A DNA stretch of 64,000 bases from Babesia bigemina (taxonomy: Eukaryota), in NCBI RefSeq assembly GCF_000981445.1, contig NC_027217.1, positions 1,426,001 through 1,490,000 on the forward strand. The letters are read 5' to 3'. How positions within the stretch are numbered: position 1 is the first letter of the stretch; each line of letters starts with the position of its first letter. The notes beneath the pieces are model-generated. The model searched no databases and was not told the DNA's origin. It saw only the letters and a list, made by a program, of their open reading frames with translations. The position numbers and the translations under genes were made by a program. This document shows, piece by piece, positions 37,191-49,632 of this stretch.

Positions 37191-37535
37191 GTGCGGTATG
37201 ATGATTCGGTGATGTAGTCTAAGGTATGAGAGATCCGCTAGTCGGCACGTTGCCAATTGATACCTTGTCTAATGTGTGAGATGGTGGACGGGGACAGAAG
37301 TCATCGCACGACCATGAGTGCTGCTCTCACCCAAGCTGGGTGGTAGCACGGATGAAGTCAATGACTAGACGTGGAACCTGCAACCAACAACACCGTTAGT
37401 CTATAGCCTTGAAAAGCCGAACATCGTCCTAGGAATATAGCCACATAGTACACTAGGGAACTAGACACCCAGATGTAACATTGATGTATAGATGCGATAA
37501 ATGGCAATAACGCACAAAATCAATCTCCTATCATT

Positions 37536-38658
37536 TCACAGCACCGTAGTTGAAGGTAATTCTAGTGTTGCAATGGCATCGTCAATGAATGCCTCTGAAA
37601 AATGAGCAGAATCATTTTGGAACATCGTCCCAATGTCTTCGGCTGCCTTTCGATCTACTGACACCTCGACGTGCACTCTGCGATCTAACATGTTGGATAG
37701 TTTTAATCCAGCACGTTTACACAAGATTTCTTCGAATTCGTCCGCTGTGTTCAAACGTTGATCCGGGTCTAAGGCCTCCCGTACGCTACGGACGAAAGAA
37801 ATATGATCTCGACCCTCCCTGTATTTCGGCATTTTGGCGGGACGCAGGAGCACTTGCGATATGAGGGGTGATATGCTCCACGGAAAAACGCTGTGATGGA
37901 CAAATGCTTTGTTGTTGAAAGCCTGGGAATTGCCCGCCACTTTGTATATGAGCGGAGACTGTTCAGCGTCACCCATTCCAGTAGAGTTATTCGACTCCAT
38001 GTCACCATACTCTTCCACTACGTAATCCCCTTCGATACATTTAAACTTATCATTGAATATGCCGCAGCCGCTGAAAACATTGTCGTAGCTCCATCTGCAT
38101 ATGTCAGTCGGGCAAATATCCTTGGCAAACTGCGTAGACGCTATCAAGCTGGTATTTACACTGCATTCATCTACTATAACGGTGCCTCCTCCCGTGAAAC
38201 GTCTTATTATTGATATTCCTCTCGATTTGGTTTCGTTGACATCTCTAACGAACTGGTGAGCTTTTCCTCCTAGACCCATAACAACGGCCTTTGTGCCTGA
38301 GGATTCGATATATAACAACACTTGGGTTATACACACGATCAAATACTTTATGCATGGTTAACAGAATTCGTGAATTCATCAACATAGCTGAGCGTTGCTT
38401 TGGGGAGTTTTGTACGCCACCGGGGTACGAAATACGCATTTTTATTACGCAAACCAAAAACTATGGTTGGTTACCTGTCCTGCTGTGGTTGTTTACCAGA
38501 TAGAATGCGCAATTTTCAGCCACTGGTGCGACCTTCCTATAAAGGAACTCCTCGAACAACAACTGTCGAAGAAGGCCGATCCCATCCAACCGAAACACAT
38601 AGAAGCAACTTTGCTTCTGTTTGCTCAGTAATTCTACCCACCGTGCGATATTGGTCAT
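37536..38658 (-). CDS. Lipoate-protein ligase (LplA/LipL2-like); 2 exons
   Basis: LFEEFLYR (exon 1), VVMGLGG, IIRRFTGGGTV, KVAGNSQ, FVHHS and PKYREGRDH.SF. Confidence 0.85.
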
Positions 38659-38805
38659 ATCTGAAAACTGCTCGGCGGCATAGCCGACTGTGTAACGTGC
38701 GGCAGTGTGTGGAACACTTGGAGATAAACTGTCTTTTCATTTAAATGAAATGTGTCTGTGTGTTTATTTAAGGCTCTGATAAAACGGTGGAGCCTTGAAC
38801 AAGGC

Positions 38806-39495
38806 CTACTTACCGAACGGACGCCGCAAAATGAGCTCGTCTAACCTGTTGCGGTACACCATGAAGTGTTCCCACCCGGGAGAAAGGTCGATTCCCAATT
38901 GGTGGATGATCTGCGCCTCCGTAAGGAAGTGAGTTCCGCAGTTCTTGAGTATGCGATGCGCCTCGTTTCTTACCCCCTTAGTGAGTATCACGAACCGATA
39001 CGTGTACTTGTGGTCGCTGTACCTCGGCGAATAGTATACATCCCCATATGGCGTGGATTTGTACGGGTAATCCCCCAGATTAGTCGTGCTGATTTCATAG
39101 TTCGCGATGTTCTTGTGTACCTCATACGTTGGCGTTGCAGAAGCCAATAAACGCCACTCCTCAAGCGTTTGTTGAATTTTGATCTCCCCTGCGTCAACAC
39201 GGGACCAGAAACTAAAATGCGAGCTGCGCCCCCTTTTGTTTTTCAATATTGGGCTGTGCTGGTCCAAAGTGTCCACTTCTCGGTCGGAGTCGCTTGCCAT
39301 GGCGTAGCACCCTCGGGCCAGCCGAATATGTTTGGGCGATATGAACGTGCCCTTTACAGATTGAATGCCATACCCATCAATGCAATCTTTCGCATTCATA
39401 AAGAACATTTCCCCGGGAAATCCATCTTCTATACCAGGGGCCACTTCCATACCATGTCCAAAGGCAGCCCTTTGTAGACATACGTCCTCTCCCAT
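38806..39495 (-). CDS. Cyclin-dependent kinase regulatory subunit (CKS domain) with N-terminal extension
   Basis: VYYSPRYSDHKYTYRFVILTK..LTEAQ..LGIDLSPGWEHFM..LILRRP. Confidence 0.8.
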   Translation of the reverse strand: MGEDVCLQRAAFGHGMEVAPGIEDGFPGEMFFMNAKDCIDGYGIQSVKGTFISPKHIRLARGCYAMASDSDREVDTLDQHSPILKNKRGRSSHFSFWSRVDAGEIKIQQTLEEWRLLASATPTYEVHKNIANYEISTTNLGDYPYKSTPYGDVYYSPRYSDHKYTYRFVILTKGVRNEAHRILKNCGTHFLTEAQIIHQLGIDLSPGWEHFMVYRNRLDELILRRPFGK

Positions 39496-40187
39496 TATGC
39501 CTTATTGACACGGGACTAATTGTATCAAACCCTTGTCGACACTCAAACGCCCTATAGTACGCTTTGGAAACACAACGAAAATATGCTACAAGCGTTTCGA
39601 TCAACTAGTCCGCTGAGGCCTTTGCCATTCACCACCGCTTTTAGGCTTCTTGCATAGCCACTTCCTGATCTTCGGATGCTGATGTGCAACCACTATCCAA
39701 TTCGAGGATGTTAACCACCGACTGCACAAGGCCTTAAAGGCCTCCTCTCGCTCGTTAGCAGCAGCTGGCTTCTAACAGCTACCCCTACGGTGGTCTGAGC
39801 GACAGCTGTCTACACTACGATATTCACAGGCTCATTACGGCCACCGGATACCAAACTATCGCGTACCTACCGTCTCACACGGGCACCTGAGGGTTGTGAG
39901 CAGCTTTGGGCGCAAGGTGTGAAACTCTCGCCTACTGGCACTTTCGCTGATGGGTGTGTATGCGGAAGTCGCCTGAACTGTGGCGTCAGTACTGATATTG
40001 ATTGGATGCCAGGTGGCAACAAAAATGTATTTGCTGCTCAAAATGTGCTATGTTCGCCTGATGTGCAGACGTTGGCCTTGCACGGGCCGGGATCAATGGG
40101 GACGGGCCCGGCTGGTAGCCATGCCACAGCTTGTACGGCGCATTTTCCCGGCCCCCGCCACACAATCCCACGATATAACAACGCGAT

Positions 40188-40885
40188 TCAGTATGGTTTT
40201 CCATAACCGCCACGGTTGCTGCCTCGGTAGTGTGACGGATATCGTCCTCCCCTGTGTTAACGTGAACTACACACATGTCTACCTCACCTGCCGCCACGGA
40301 AGCCACGACCACGCCCTCTGGCGTGACCCGCGCGTTTTTTGCCGAACCCAGGGATGTTTTTCCGTTTAGGAGTGACCTGCATGTCGTTTGGCCATGCAGA
40401 AAGCTGTCCTGACCTTAATGATGCGCTCCTTAAAGACGCAGTCGTTTAGCATCAGAGCGTTGTTCACGGCATCCTCATTAGCGAATTCGATGTAGGCGTA
40501 CCTGCGAAGCGGTTTAGAAGCTACACATGCTGCTACTAGGAGCTGAAACGCTGACTAACCCTTTTGGCTTTCCGGTCCACTTGTCTACCATGATGGTGAT
40601 CCTGTTTATCTGCCCGGATGCTTTAAAGAATTCTTGTAGGTCATGCGGCTTGGTCGAATAATCCACCTAGGCGTAATGGCGCTGTAAAGGGTCGCTTACG
40701 TTTCCGACGTATATTGAGCGACGATCGACCTCCTCATTTTCCTCCGTTTCCATCGCATCCTCAGCCATTTCACTCTCAGTAATTCCCTAAACGATATTTA
40801 TCAATTTGGCCTGTCGCTGCGGTCATACCTGTAGTTTCTTTAGCTCATCCTCCAGGATGGTAATTTCTCCGCCTTTGGCTTCCAT
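40188..40885 (-). CDS. PABPN1: Nuclear poly(A)-binding protein 2 (single RRM + RGG tail); ~6 exons
   Basis: Not in ORF track. Spliced EEVDRRSIYVGN|VDYSTKP..INRITIMVDKWTGKPKG|YAYIEF..FKERIIK|VTPKRKNIPG..RGRGRG..KPY*. Confidence 0.9.
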
Positions 40886-41069
40886 TTTTGCGATTGTTGG
40901 CGGTTAAATACTAATACGTATTATGCCTTTGGCACCCGAAATAATTTGGATATTTAACCTGGGACGGGAAGGTAGTGCACGTCGGTAGCCGCATTGCAGC
41001 CGAGGCCCCTGCACGTCTTGTGGGTGTGGGCCTGCGTCACTTCCCTTCACATTCTTCTGTTTCGATGCC

Positions 41070-42260
41070 ATGTCGAGAAGTTGGGACCAATTAAAGGTGT
41101 TTGGGCAACTTCTGTCGGTTCCCCTGCAACGTCACGTTTTGGGAGACGAGGAATCCGCAAAGCTGGCAACGCTCGTAAACAGAGCGGTTACGCTATTGTT
41201 TAAAGCTTACAGGTAGGTGCAATATATCCAACCTTCCACGCATCACGGCCGCAGTAACATAGGGCACGACAACGTGTACGTCTCTTTCAACGGTGGGAAG
41301 GATTCGGTAGCGGTGCTACATTTACATCGGCTTGCGTCCTCCTTCCCAGACTCCGGCGTAGCAGCTGGTGAGTAATCTGCATTGGTTTATTTCTACATCA
41401 TTTGTGTTATGATGCCCTGTTAAATGCTTAACTATGCGACAAATCCGCATCTAAGTCGAAGTGTCATACCAAAGTATTAACCCATCAGGCATACATCGCG
41501 TTGGAGGTAGCATTCGCAGGGCGGGAGGATCCCACTGCGGAGTGTGGCCTTCAAATGCCTCTATAGCAACGTATTTATGGACTTTCTGAGTTCTAGTGGC
41601 TTATTCGTGCTGCAGGTCGGCCGCTCAACGTAGTATTTTTCAAGGACCCGGCGGAGCGCTTGTTTCCTGAGATAACCGAGTTCGTGGACCACGTTGCCAA
41701 AAAGTACAATTTTAAAGTAAAGTGAGTGGACGATTATTTGACGCTATTAGTGATGTGTGGTGGTTTGTGCTTCGTTGGCTGTTGTCTGCGTCGGTTTGCA
41801 ACCTTGAATCACCCATTGCAAAAATACGTTCCTGTGAGGTGTTCAAGAGGAATTAGACGGGCAGTAAACATAATATTTCAGGGTAGTAGAGGACGTTTGG
41901 CATAAAGGAATCCCACAAATTGCTGCCGGAAGGAAGGCGGCCTTTGTTCTAGGGTGTAGAAGCACTGACTTCGAGGGCTCACAAATATCCGAAATAGAGG
42001 AGGGGTCCACAGGAGGAGTAGAGTTCGTACGCATACACCCCCTTTCACAGTGGAGTTACGGTGACGTTTGGAATTTTCTGAGGCTCTTTTCCTTCGACTA
42101 TTGTTCGCTCTACGATATCGGATACACGTCAGTTGGTAGCGTCGACGATACAATCGCAAATCCCCACCTAAAAAAGCCGGATGGCACCTATGCCCCGGCA
42201 TATAAATTACAAAATTGGTCTTTGGAGCGATCTGGTCGTACCAAAACTTCGACCAAGTAG
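41070..42260 (+). CDS. FAD synthetase (PAPS-reductase family); 4 exons
   Basis: Not in ORF track. VSFNGGKDSVAVL, LGCRSTD, RIHPLSQWSYGDVWNFL, YCSLYDIGYTSVG, NPHL, PAYKL..ERSGR. Confidence 0.88.
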
Positions 42261-42363
42261 CAGCGCGCTTTACAATACATAACAAGTGCACAAAGGTTAG
42301 CGTTGACAGTCATACGTTGCAACATCACTGACTTTATGTGTCACTGAGTACATAATTAGACTT

Positions 42364-44576
42364 CTACCATAGTTCTTCAATAAATCTTCCATCAGCTTTA
42401 AGTTCGGCTATATCGGTCTTGGTGAAGTGCTGTATTATGGCCTTGACCTGGGCTCCCATCGGTTTACTCCTGCGTGATGCATGGCCGTAGCTAGCGGTTT
42501 GCACTTACCCACAGACGCATACTACCCCATCATTTTTGAGTATATCGACAACTTCCTCCATGTGCTTTCTTAAGATGTGTTGTACGTACATGGGAGTCTT
42601 CGACCTCGACAAAGCAATGTGCACCGTGTAGTTTGGCATGGCTTTTAGTTGTTCCACTTCTTCTGCGTACAATATGTGCGCTTCGGTTCTGAAGCCCAAA
42701 AATAATATACGCTTCAAATCGTTGCGCCCGTTCTGCCAGAATGCCCTGAAAGGTGCGACCCCGGCACCGTTGGCTATCATGACAAGGGGCCTTGCGTCCA
42801 ATCCCTCGACGCTGCTGAAAGCGGAGGGCCTCCTGAACAGTTTCACGCTGTCCCCTTGCTTTAGAGAGCAAAGATAGTGCGTGCATGCTCCTTCGTAGTT
42901 ACGTTGTCTGACGAAGAAATCCCCCGCCGCGGGTGACACTTTGTATCCCACAGTTTTCTTGAGCGATGATCGGAAGCTTTTGAACGAGTGGATGGGGAAT
43001 GTGACCAGCTTAACAGTGCAGTCAATGCTGTTGGTCTGCAACATAGATGAGGAAGATTGACGTGCGACCTACTTTTGGGTGCGACGATATGGTATACGCC
43101 TTGGGTACTTTTTTCTTCACTATTTGCAGAAACCCTCCCAGGTTGAACAGCGCATCTTCCATAAAGATTTCTACAAACTCAGGCAGTGTAACGTGCAATT
43201 CCTCTCTCATCCTTTTGATGAGGGATTTGCTATTCAGCATTTTATTGAACAGCTGACACGCCGGGGCTGTTTGAAGGAAGGTGCCCATTTCTTCGAGAAC
43301 GTCCTCGTCCGGCAACTCCGTCAGGTCCAGATAGTATAATAGCGCATCGCGGATTGTGCATGGCACGGGGAAAGGAGGCTCGAAGTCCATCTGCGTTTCC
43401 GTTGACCCATATCGAGGCACGAAGGTAATAACCCTATCCAAGTCCGGATCCTTCAACCTCAGTTTGCCCATGAAATACTTCACGACATGAGGAGGGTTGG
43501 CATAGAGAATGTTGACGGTTTCCGCGGGGCTAAATGCGGAATCCGGTTTAATACGCAGACAGTTCGTTTGCGAGTCACCATTCGGTGTCATGTTGAAATT
43601 ATCCAAGACTACGTGGTCCACGCATTGCCATTGCTGTTTGCACACAACATTTGCGATATTTGGCTGTCGTGGACGGTCCGCGGGACTGCTACTAACGTAT
43701 CTTAGCTCCAATGGAACTGAGGTTTTGTTAGGAAATGTTGAAGAGCTGCATAGACGCACCTTTGTCTCTCCATGAGTCCGTTACCTTCAGCAGCTTCCCA
43801 CGTGATTGGACGCTCAATTGTGGCGGGGGGATGTTAAAGTCATTAGCGAGCTTTTCACACAGCTTTATGGTCCATTGGTTGAAATCGCCCTTCAAGTCGC
43901 CGGCGTCATCTCCTAAAGCAATGCTGAGTATTTCCTGTGCCCCTGCCTTATTAAGCAGCGTTTGGAGTGTTTTAGCAGCACGGTTGAACAGCGGGTATTC
44001 TGAACTGCCCAGGCCGAAAATGCAAAACCGCAGTCCACGAAGGGCGCTCCCATCCTTCCCACGTTTGCCCAACTGTGGCACAGTTAGCTCAAAACCTCGT
44101 CGCTGTAATGCCTACCCATTTTACAAAGTCAGTCGCGTTATCGGGGAAGAGGCCGTCGTCATGCGTAGCCACTGTGAAAATGGCGGTGGCTCCAGGTTGC
44201 GATATTTTCTCATCTTCCCAGTCCTACACGTCATCTGTACTCCCACGATGCTGATTCGTACCTCTAAGTTGATTGCATTGCAGCGGAAGGCTTCGTTCCA
44301 CTCCGCCAATTGCAGCGCCAGAGCTCTGGCGAAGCGCTCCGCCGTCCCTGTCTGACTCCCATAGTAAATGTAGACACGTGAGATGTCCCCCTGCGCGTCA
44401 CTTTCGACCTTTGGGGGCTCTATTTCGGTTGTGTGTGGCTCCTGTGGAGAATCACCGCCCTCCTGCTCCGCTGGATCGGAGCTGCAAGGTTGCGCGCGCT
44501 TCCATAGTTCATAGGTGACATAGACTGCCAACGCCGTAGCAACGATGCTGAGCGTCACCTGTGTGATGTGTGGCAT
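42364..44576 (-). CDS. NADPH-cytochrome P450 reductase-like diflavin reductase, membrane anchored; multi-exon
   Basis: N-terminal TM; flavodoxin YYGSQTGTAERFA and FGLGSSEYPLFN; AYTISS, GACTHYL, MIANGAGVAPFRAF, LFLGFR, ALSR, YVQ, VCG; terminal IEELW*. Confidence 0.9.
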
Positions 44577-44617
44577 ACTAAAATTAAATATAGTGGTTCA
44601 ACTTCGCCCTACAGCTC

Positions 44618-46087
44618 TCAGTCGAGCTCGTCCAAGAAGGCGATGTCGGATATATTGATGTCGTCCAGCGCCTGGAAATTTTGCGCCGCAAGCTGTTCGT
44701 AGGTGGGTTCCGGCACGTCTTGCACCACCTTCCCTCTATGTTGCAGAATGTACATTTTGTAGAGCTCAGCATGCTTCCGAGCCATCAGCGGCGTCGCATA
44801 CCTCTTTGCGTAGAAAGACTTCGAGTGTTTGGTTCCCTCTCGCGTCTTCCACTGGGCCATAAACCTCTGCTGCCGTTTGTCGTAGGAGACACTTGCAGAT
44901 ACGACGTTTATGTTCCTGTTGGCGTGCGTTTCGTCCGACGGCACCTCAGGCTTGGACGAAGGCGGCACCTTGACGTACGTCTCATTTGATACCGTAGGCT
45001 CACTGCGCCTTCTTCTCCTCCTCCTAGAATCTTCATCCCTCTTTCGTGCGGAGGTTGATCTTGTAGGCAGCTCGGTGACAAAATCCTCGTCATCCTTGCT
45101 GTTCAGAGCGGAGCGCCTGGAGACAGCCTTCTGCCTGGTGTTCACACGCGACTCTGATGACGCATTGCGCTGCGTTTTGTTCACTCGAGTATTGTACACA
45201 GTTTGAGACGCCCGCGGCTGCTTGGAGAGCACGTTCATCACGAGTTTGTCGAAGTCGTTCTGGTTGCGCGTGTTGTACGGCCGGTGGTTGCCATCGCTGG
45301 TCTCGCGTTCACCGCTCTGCTCGCCCAAATACCCCTCGGCGAATTCGATTGCGTTTGTGCTCGTGTTTATGAGATCTGAGTTGTCGAATTCGTCATCCGC
45401 CAGGTCGGCCACATGAACGGCGGCGGCGATGTCCAAGTCTATGTCGGAAGGCAGCGCCGTTTCATCGTCCAGCCCACTGAGCGAATACTGCCTGTTCTTA
45501 GACTCCCAGTTGAACTTGCCCCAAGTTGGCACCTCGTCGAAATTGCTACGCTCCTGCGTCTGCTCCATTTCTAGCTGAAGCTCAACGTTGTGCATGGTCT
45601 GTTCCAGGACTTCGTTGTAGCTGTCGTTGTCAAACGGCTTATTGTTGCGCATGCATTCCAGCCTGTAGATTATCTTGAAGTAGTCGACATCCTCCACCTT
45701 GGCCCAGAGGGACGCAGTGGCATTTTCGGGGTCGGCAGCTTCTGCGTCGAACCTATCGTAGATGCTGCGGAACACAGACTCGTAGCACTGCAGGAGCTTT
45801 ATGCTGTTCGTTGTTGCAATCTTGTGGAAATGGTAGGCAAAGTCATTGCCGTGCGGAAGCGTCCCCCACGGCCTGCATACCGACTTCACAAGTCCGAGTG
45901 TGTTGAGCAGTTTCATCTGATACATGAAGAAAAACGCCTGGCTCGAGCTTTCGCGTTTCGGCTTGCCGTAAGTCTTCCACCTGTCTGCCACTGCATTGTC
46001 CGCGCCGAACAGCCGTTGTGCCTTGTGGACCTCCTGATGATCGGAGAGACCAGGCTGCTTGTGATTGAGAGCATCGAGGGCGAGCAT
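44618..46087 (-). CDS. ApiAP2 transcription factor (C-terminal AP2 domain, N-terminal ACDC-like domain)
   Basis: AP2: VSYDKRQQRFMAQW..KSFYAKRY...ARKHAELYK. ACDC-like: LLNTLGLVKSVC..FAYHFHKIATTNSIKLLQCYESVF. First ATG at 46087. Confidence 0.8.
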   Translation of the reverse strand: MLALDALNHKQPGLSDHQEVHKAQRLFGADNAVADRWKTYGKPKRESSSQAFFFMYQMKLLNTLGLVKSVCRPWGTLPHGNDFAYHFHKIATTNSIKLLQCYESVFRSIYDRFDAEAADPENATASLWAKVEDVDYFKIIYRLECMRNNKPFDNDSYNEVLEQTMHNVELQLEMEQTQERSNFDEVPTWGKFNWESKNRQYSLSGLDDETALPSDIDLDIAAAVHVADLADDEFDNSDLINTSTNAIEFAEGYLGEQSGERETSDGNHRPYNTRNQNDFDKLVMNVLSKQPRASQTVYNTRVNKTQRNASSESRVNTRQKAVSRRSALNSKDDEDFVTELPTRSTSARKRDEDSRRRRRRRSEPTVSNETYVKVPPSSKPEVPSDETHANRNINVVSASVSYDKRQQRFMAQWKTREGTKHSKSFYAKRYATPLMARKHAELYKMYILQHRGKVVQDVPEPTYEQLAAQNFQALDDINISDIAFLDELD

Positions 46088-47356
46088 CCTGTTGCCGCCA
46101 CAACTGCCACCTTTTTTACACGTTATAATACGCCTCGGAGGACTCTTAGGGGGCGTCGCGCGTGTGCTGAGCTGCACCTAGCTTTCCCGTCCAACGTCAA
46201 GTGCCGTCGGACCAGTACGTGGATGCGCAAGAGTTCCTGCCTGATCCCTCGCGTGTGAATCGCAGTCCGTATATCTATCTCTACACACCAAAAAAATACA
46301 CAGTGCACATATGCGGCTCAAGGTCGCATCTTCTTTGTGCGCCAAGTGTGGAATCTCGGGGGTCCCTTGCCGATGATCACGCCTGCACCTGCGACCTCAA
46401 AAGCGAGCTCGCAGATTCAACACGCTACAATGATGGCACTGCAGATCTGTGTGAGGGCTCGTTTCACTAGTCACGAGGTCCAGATGCCGAATCTCAGTTG
46501 CGTGCGCACGTGCACATTAGCGTAAGCGCCGTCTGTTGTTTCCTTGTGTGCCCCAATCGAGGGCCTAGTTACGCTTCTAATGTACACTGTTGGATGTTTG
46601 TGTGCCGTGCGTGTGGATTGCGCCGTGGTGTGTGCAGGCTAAGGACTGGTTGCTGGTGTTGTCCCTGTGTGAGGCTGACGAAGGCAACAGATTTTCGCGC
46701 GGCTTGTGTGTGTGTGCCACGCAAGATGACAATATGAGTCTGGCACTTTATGTGAAATGTGTCAATGAGTTTTCGCGCTTATAGAACACTGCCTTCCACT
46801 TAGTTACCTAGCTCTGTGTGTCTATGGCGGCCTTCGTTATCTTCCACACTGTCTGTGTGTAGCTGTTTATTTTTAGAGGTTTTATTTGATCATTGATTCG
46901 TGTTGGTCACGTTTGCAGAGACCTCAAATCATTTATGCCGTATTACTGCCGACAAGTTGTAGACGTGTCTGTCTGCTTATCGCCTCCTCCGCTGCTACAT
47001 GGCTAATGTTTTGCTGGTGCGTATTTCTGAGTTATAGCAGTGTCTTTTATAGGTAACTGTCGCTTTGTTTGGTGGAAGCTTACTCAAGCTTCGCCAGCAA
47101 GTCAGACAGGTAAAACGTCACGTTACCTACTTTGTCACGCGCAAAACTCATTCACATCGTGTCATTATAAAAACGTGCTGCGAAATACGGTGTATCATTG
47201 CGGAGGCGCGCCGCAGCAGCCCTCTGCACCCGTGATTCAGATTCACGTCGTAGAGGACTGCCAAAGTTCTCACACGATCTGTAGCGATGATCTGCGATAT
47301 AGAGCAAGGCGGCTTCGTTGCGCCTTTTCCCACTGCCAGATGGGTTGAAATCCCAG

Positions 47357-49233
47357 ATGTGTGCGCGTCTCGATGCCGATATCGCGGATCAGCCTTTCGC
47401 GGTGGACTCGCCGGTCGCTGTCTTGAGGTATTTTCCGAGCAATGAACGCCATATAAGCGGTCCGCAGGGCATAGTAGAGCTATATGACGAGAAAGGGTGC
47501 AAGAGTCGTAGAGGAGTCGCCTCATTAAGAGCTTTTCTGTCCTTCCGAGGGGATGAGTTCGCCTCGGATGAGGCGGTTATACGCCGGGAGGCGTACGTGG
47601 AGGCGTTGGACTGCAACAGTTACAAGGTGGAGTTGTGTGTACGGGTCTTATAATCGTGCACAGCTAAGGTACATGGTCGAGATCGCTGGCGTTTGGACGC
47701 TTTCCGTGCTTCTTCCTTCTGGGGAGCATATCGCAGGTAGTGGTGCATGCTCACTCCCCTGATCGTTCTCAGGTTCGCCATTCGATATCAACGTCGAGCC
47801 TTCTGAGGCGTCTTCGTATACGTCAACACTGACATGTGAGTTGCCGTGGTCGCGATGCATATTCCGGACAGGCGTGCCGCAGAAAGGCTATTCATCGCAA
47901 CAGAAGGTAAACACCAGTTTTGAGTCTGCAAAGCGCTTCAGGAGTTTATCATAACCGCGAAAGATAACTTCGGCAACAAGCTTCGCACGTAGGTGTTCGC
48001 GCTAATGGTTGTGTTGTGTATGTTGAACGCTGAGTGGGGGGTGAGACGTCCTTTTTGCGCATTTTCAAACACAGACCACGCTGCAAGCGTTTTAACCCGT
48101 GCATTCATACATAAGCGTTGAAGCTGTGACACATGTTGGAGACTTCGTCTTACAGCGTCGTGTGCTGCGATTTGGTAGCTTGGCGTCATTACGTTATTAG
48201 GGGGGGAACGCCTTTCGTAGCCACGTGCATCGGTGCGGCGAAGTTGATCTCGCTTTTCGACTGCAAGAACGGCCAGGTGCGTCCACTGAAGTTGGCGTGC
48301 AGCTGGTTAAATTTTTGCAGCACCGGGTGATATGTGACGCGGAGGACACGGCGTCTTTCAGCCAGTTGCGCGGTTGGTTAATGTTGTCGGGATGCTGATG
48401 TATGACGCGTTTCAGTCACTTTGATGGGCAAGGACATATCCAATTCGCCCTTCGTCTTATCTGCAAAACCACAATCTACCGCGTCTGCTGCTGAGCCGGT
48501 AAGGTCTTTGCTCTTGCGCCAGTTCCATTGGTGTCCGCAGGACCGGTTTTTGCTTGAGCTCGGCAAATTAAAGACGCAATCGGCGAAGAGCAACGCATTG
48601 TACAAATCTTACGGTCGAATTTCCGCTTCCCTCGTGAAAGAACAGCGTGAAGCAACGAAGTCGTACCACTCGACGAGGTTGCAGATCGTACACACGCTAC
48701 CGGTGAAGTTCACCATCGAGGATCCCGACCCCACGCTTGGAGATAAGCGAAAGGAACTCATTGCACGGCACAACCAACTTACTGCCGAAATCGAGGAATT
48801 GTCGGCCAAGGTGCGCGCCGCGGAGACCGTGCGCAAAGAGGTGCTCGACAGCTTGGTGGAACGCTACGACAGATCCACGAAGCTCCACAAGGAGGCGGTT
48901 GATGCATACAAGGTTGTTCGTCGCGAGATTGGAGAGCTCACGTCTTCGACCAAGGAGAACCGGCGACTTGCTGATGCGTTACGTAGCGGTGATATGGAGG
49001 CCGTTAGGAAAGTGCAAGAGATGCGAACAATGGAAGACACGGTCGCCGCCTACTATCGCGGCACCGAAAAGGCTGAGAACACCAGGCAGCGCGTCCAACT
49101 AGTCAGCCGTCAGTACATGTCCAACGAAATATCGTCTCATATGATCTCAACCACACCAGACCGCCCCAATACGCCGGCGTTCTGGATGATGGAAGGACGA
49201 TTCAAACCGTCAAACAAGATACAGGATGAGTAG
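47357..49233 (+). CDS. Filamin/ABP280-repeat-like protein with C-terminal coiled coil; multi-exon, 5' end uncertain
   Basis: Exon fragments GSPFDINVEP, EFIITAKDNFGNKLRT, GGTPFVAT and GKDISNSPF fit the filamin repeat pattern; long coiled-coil last exon. Confidence 0.55.
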
Positions 49234-49632
49234 CTATGACGTGGGCATAAGACTTTAATCGGTAATATATTTGCATGCCTAAGTGCCAGTGCAACGATCA
49301 CAATCCCGAGGGTTTGACTCATTGTATCGCCAGCTGTGGTATGGAGCTAATGTTAGCGGCATGTCCGGCGCTTTAGGGCATGTGTCTATCGTTCTAGGGG
49401 CTCCGCGGGGACGGCGCAGACAAAATCGGCCGTATGTGCGCCGAATATTTTGCAATAAAAATACACCCTATAATATACTGGCTCCTAGATTCGTGCCACA
49501 TCAGTTTTAAGTTCACTTGATTCACCGCAGTTGTTGACAGCCGGGCACCTTGCACGTGCATATGCGATGGTGTTTCGCACCGATGGTCTCTGAATTCGAA
49601 ACCACTGTTATCTGTTTAGCATTTCGCTAACG

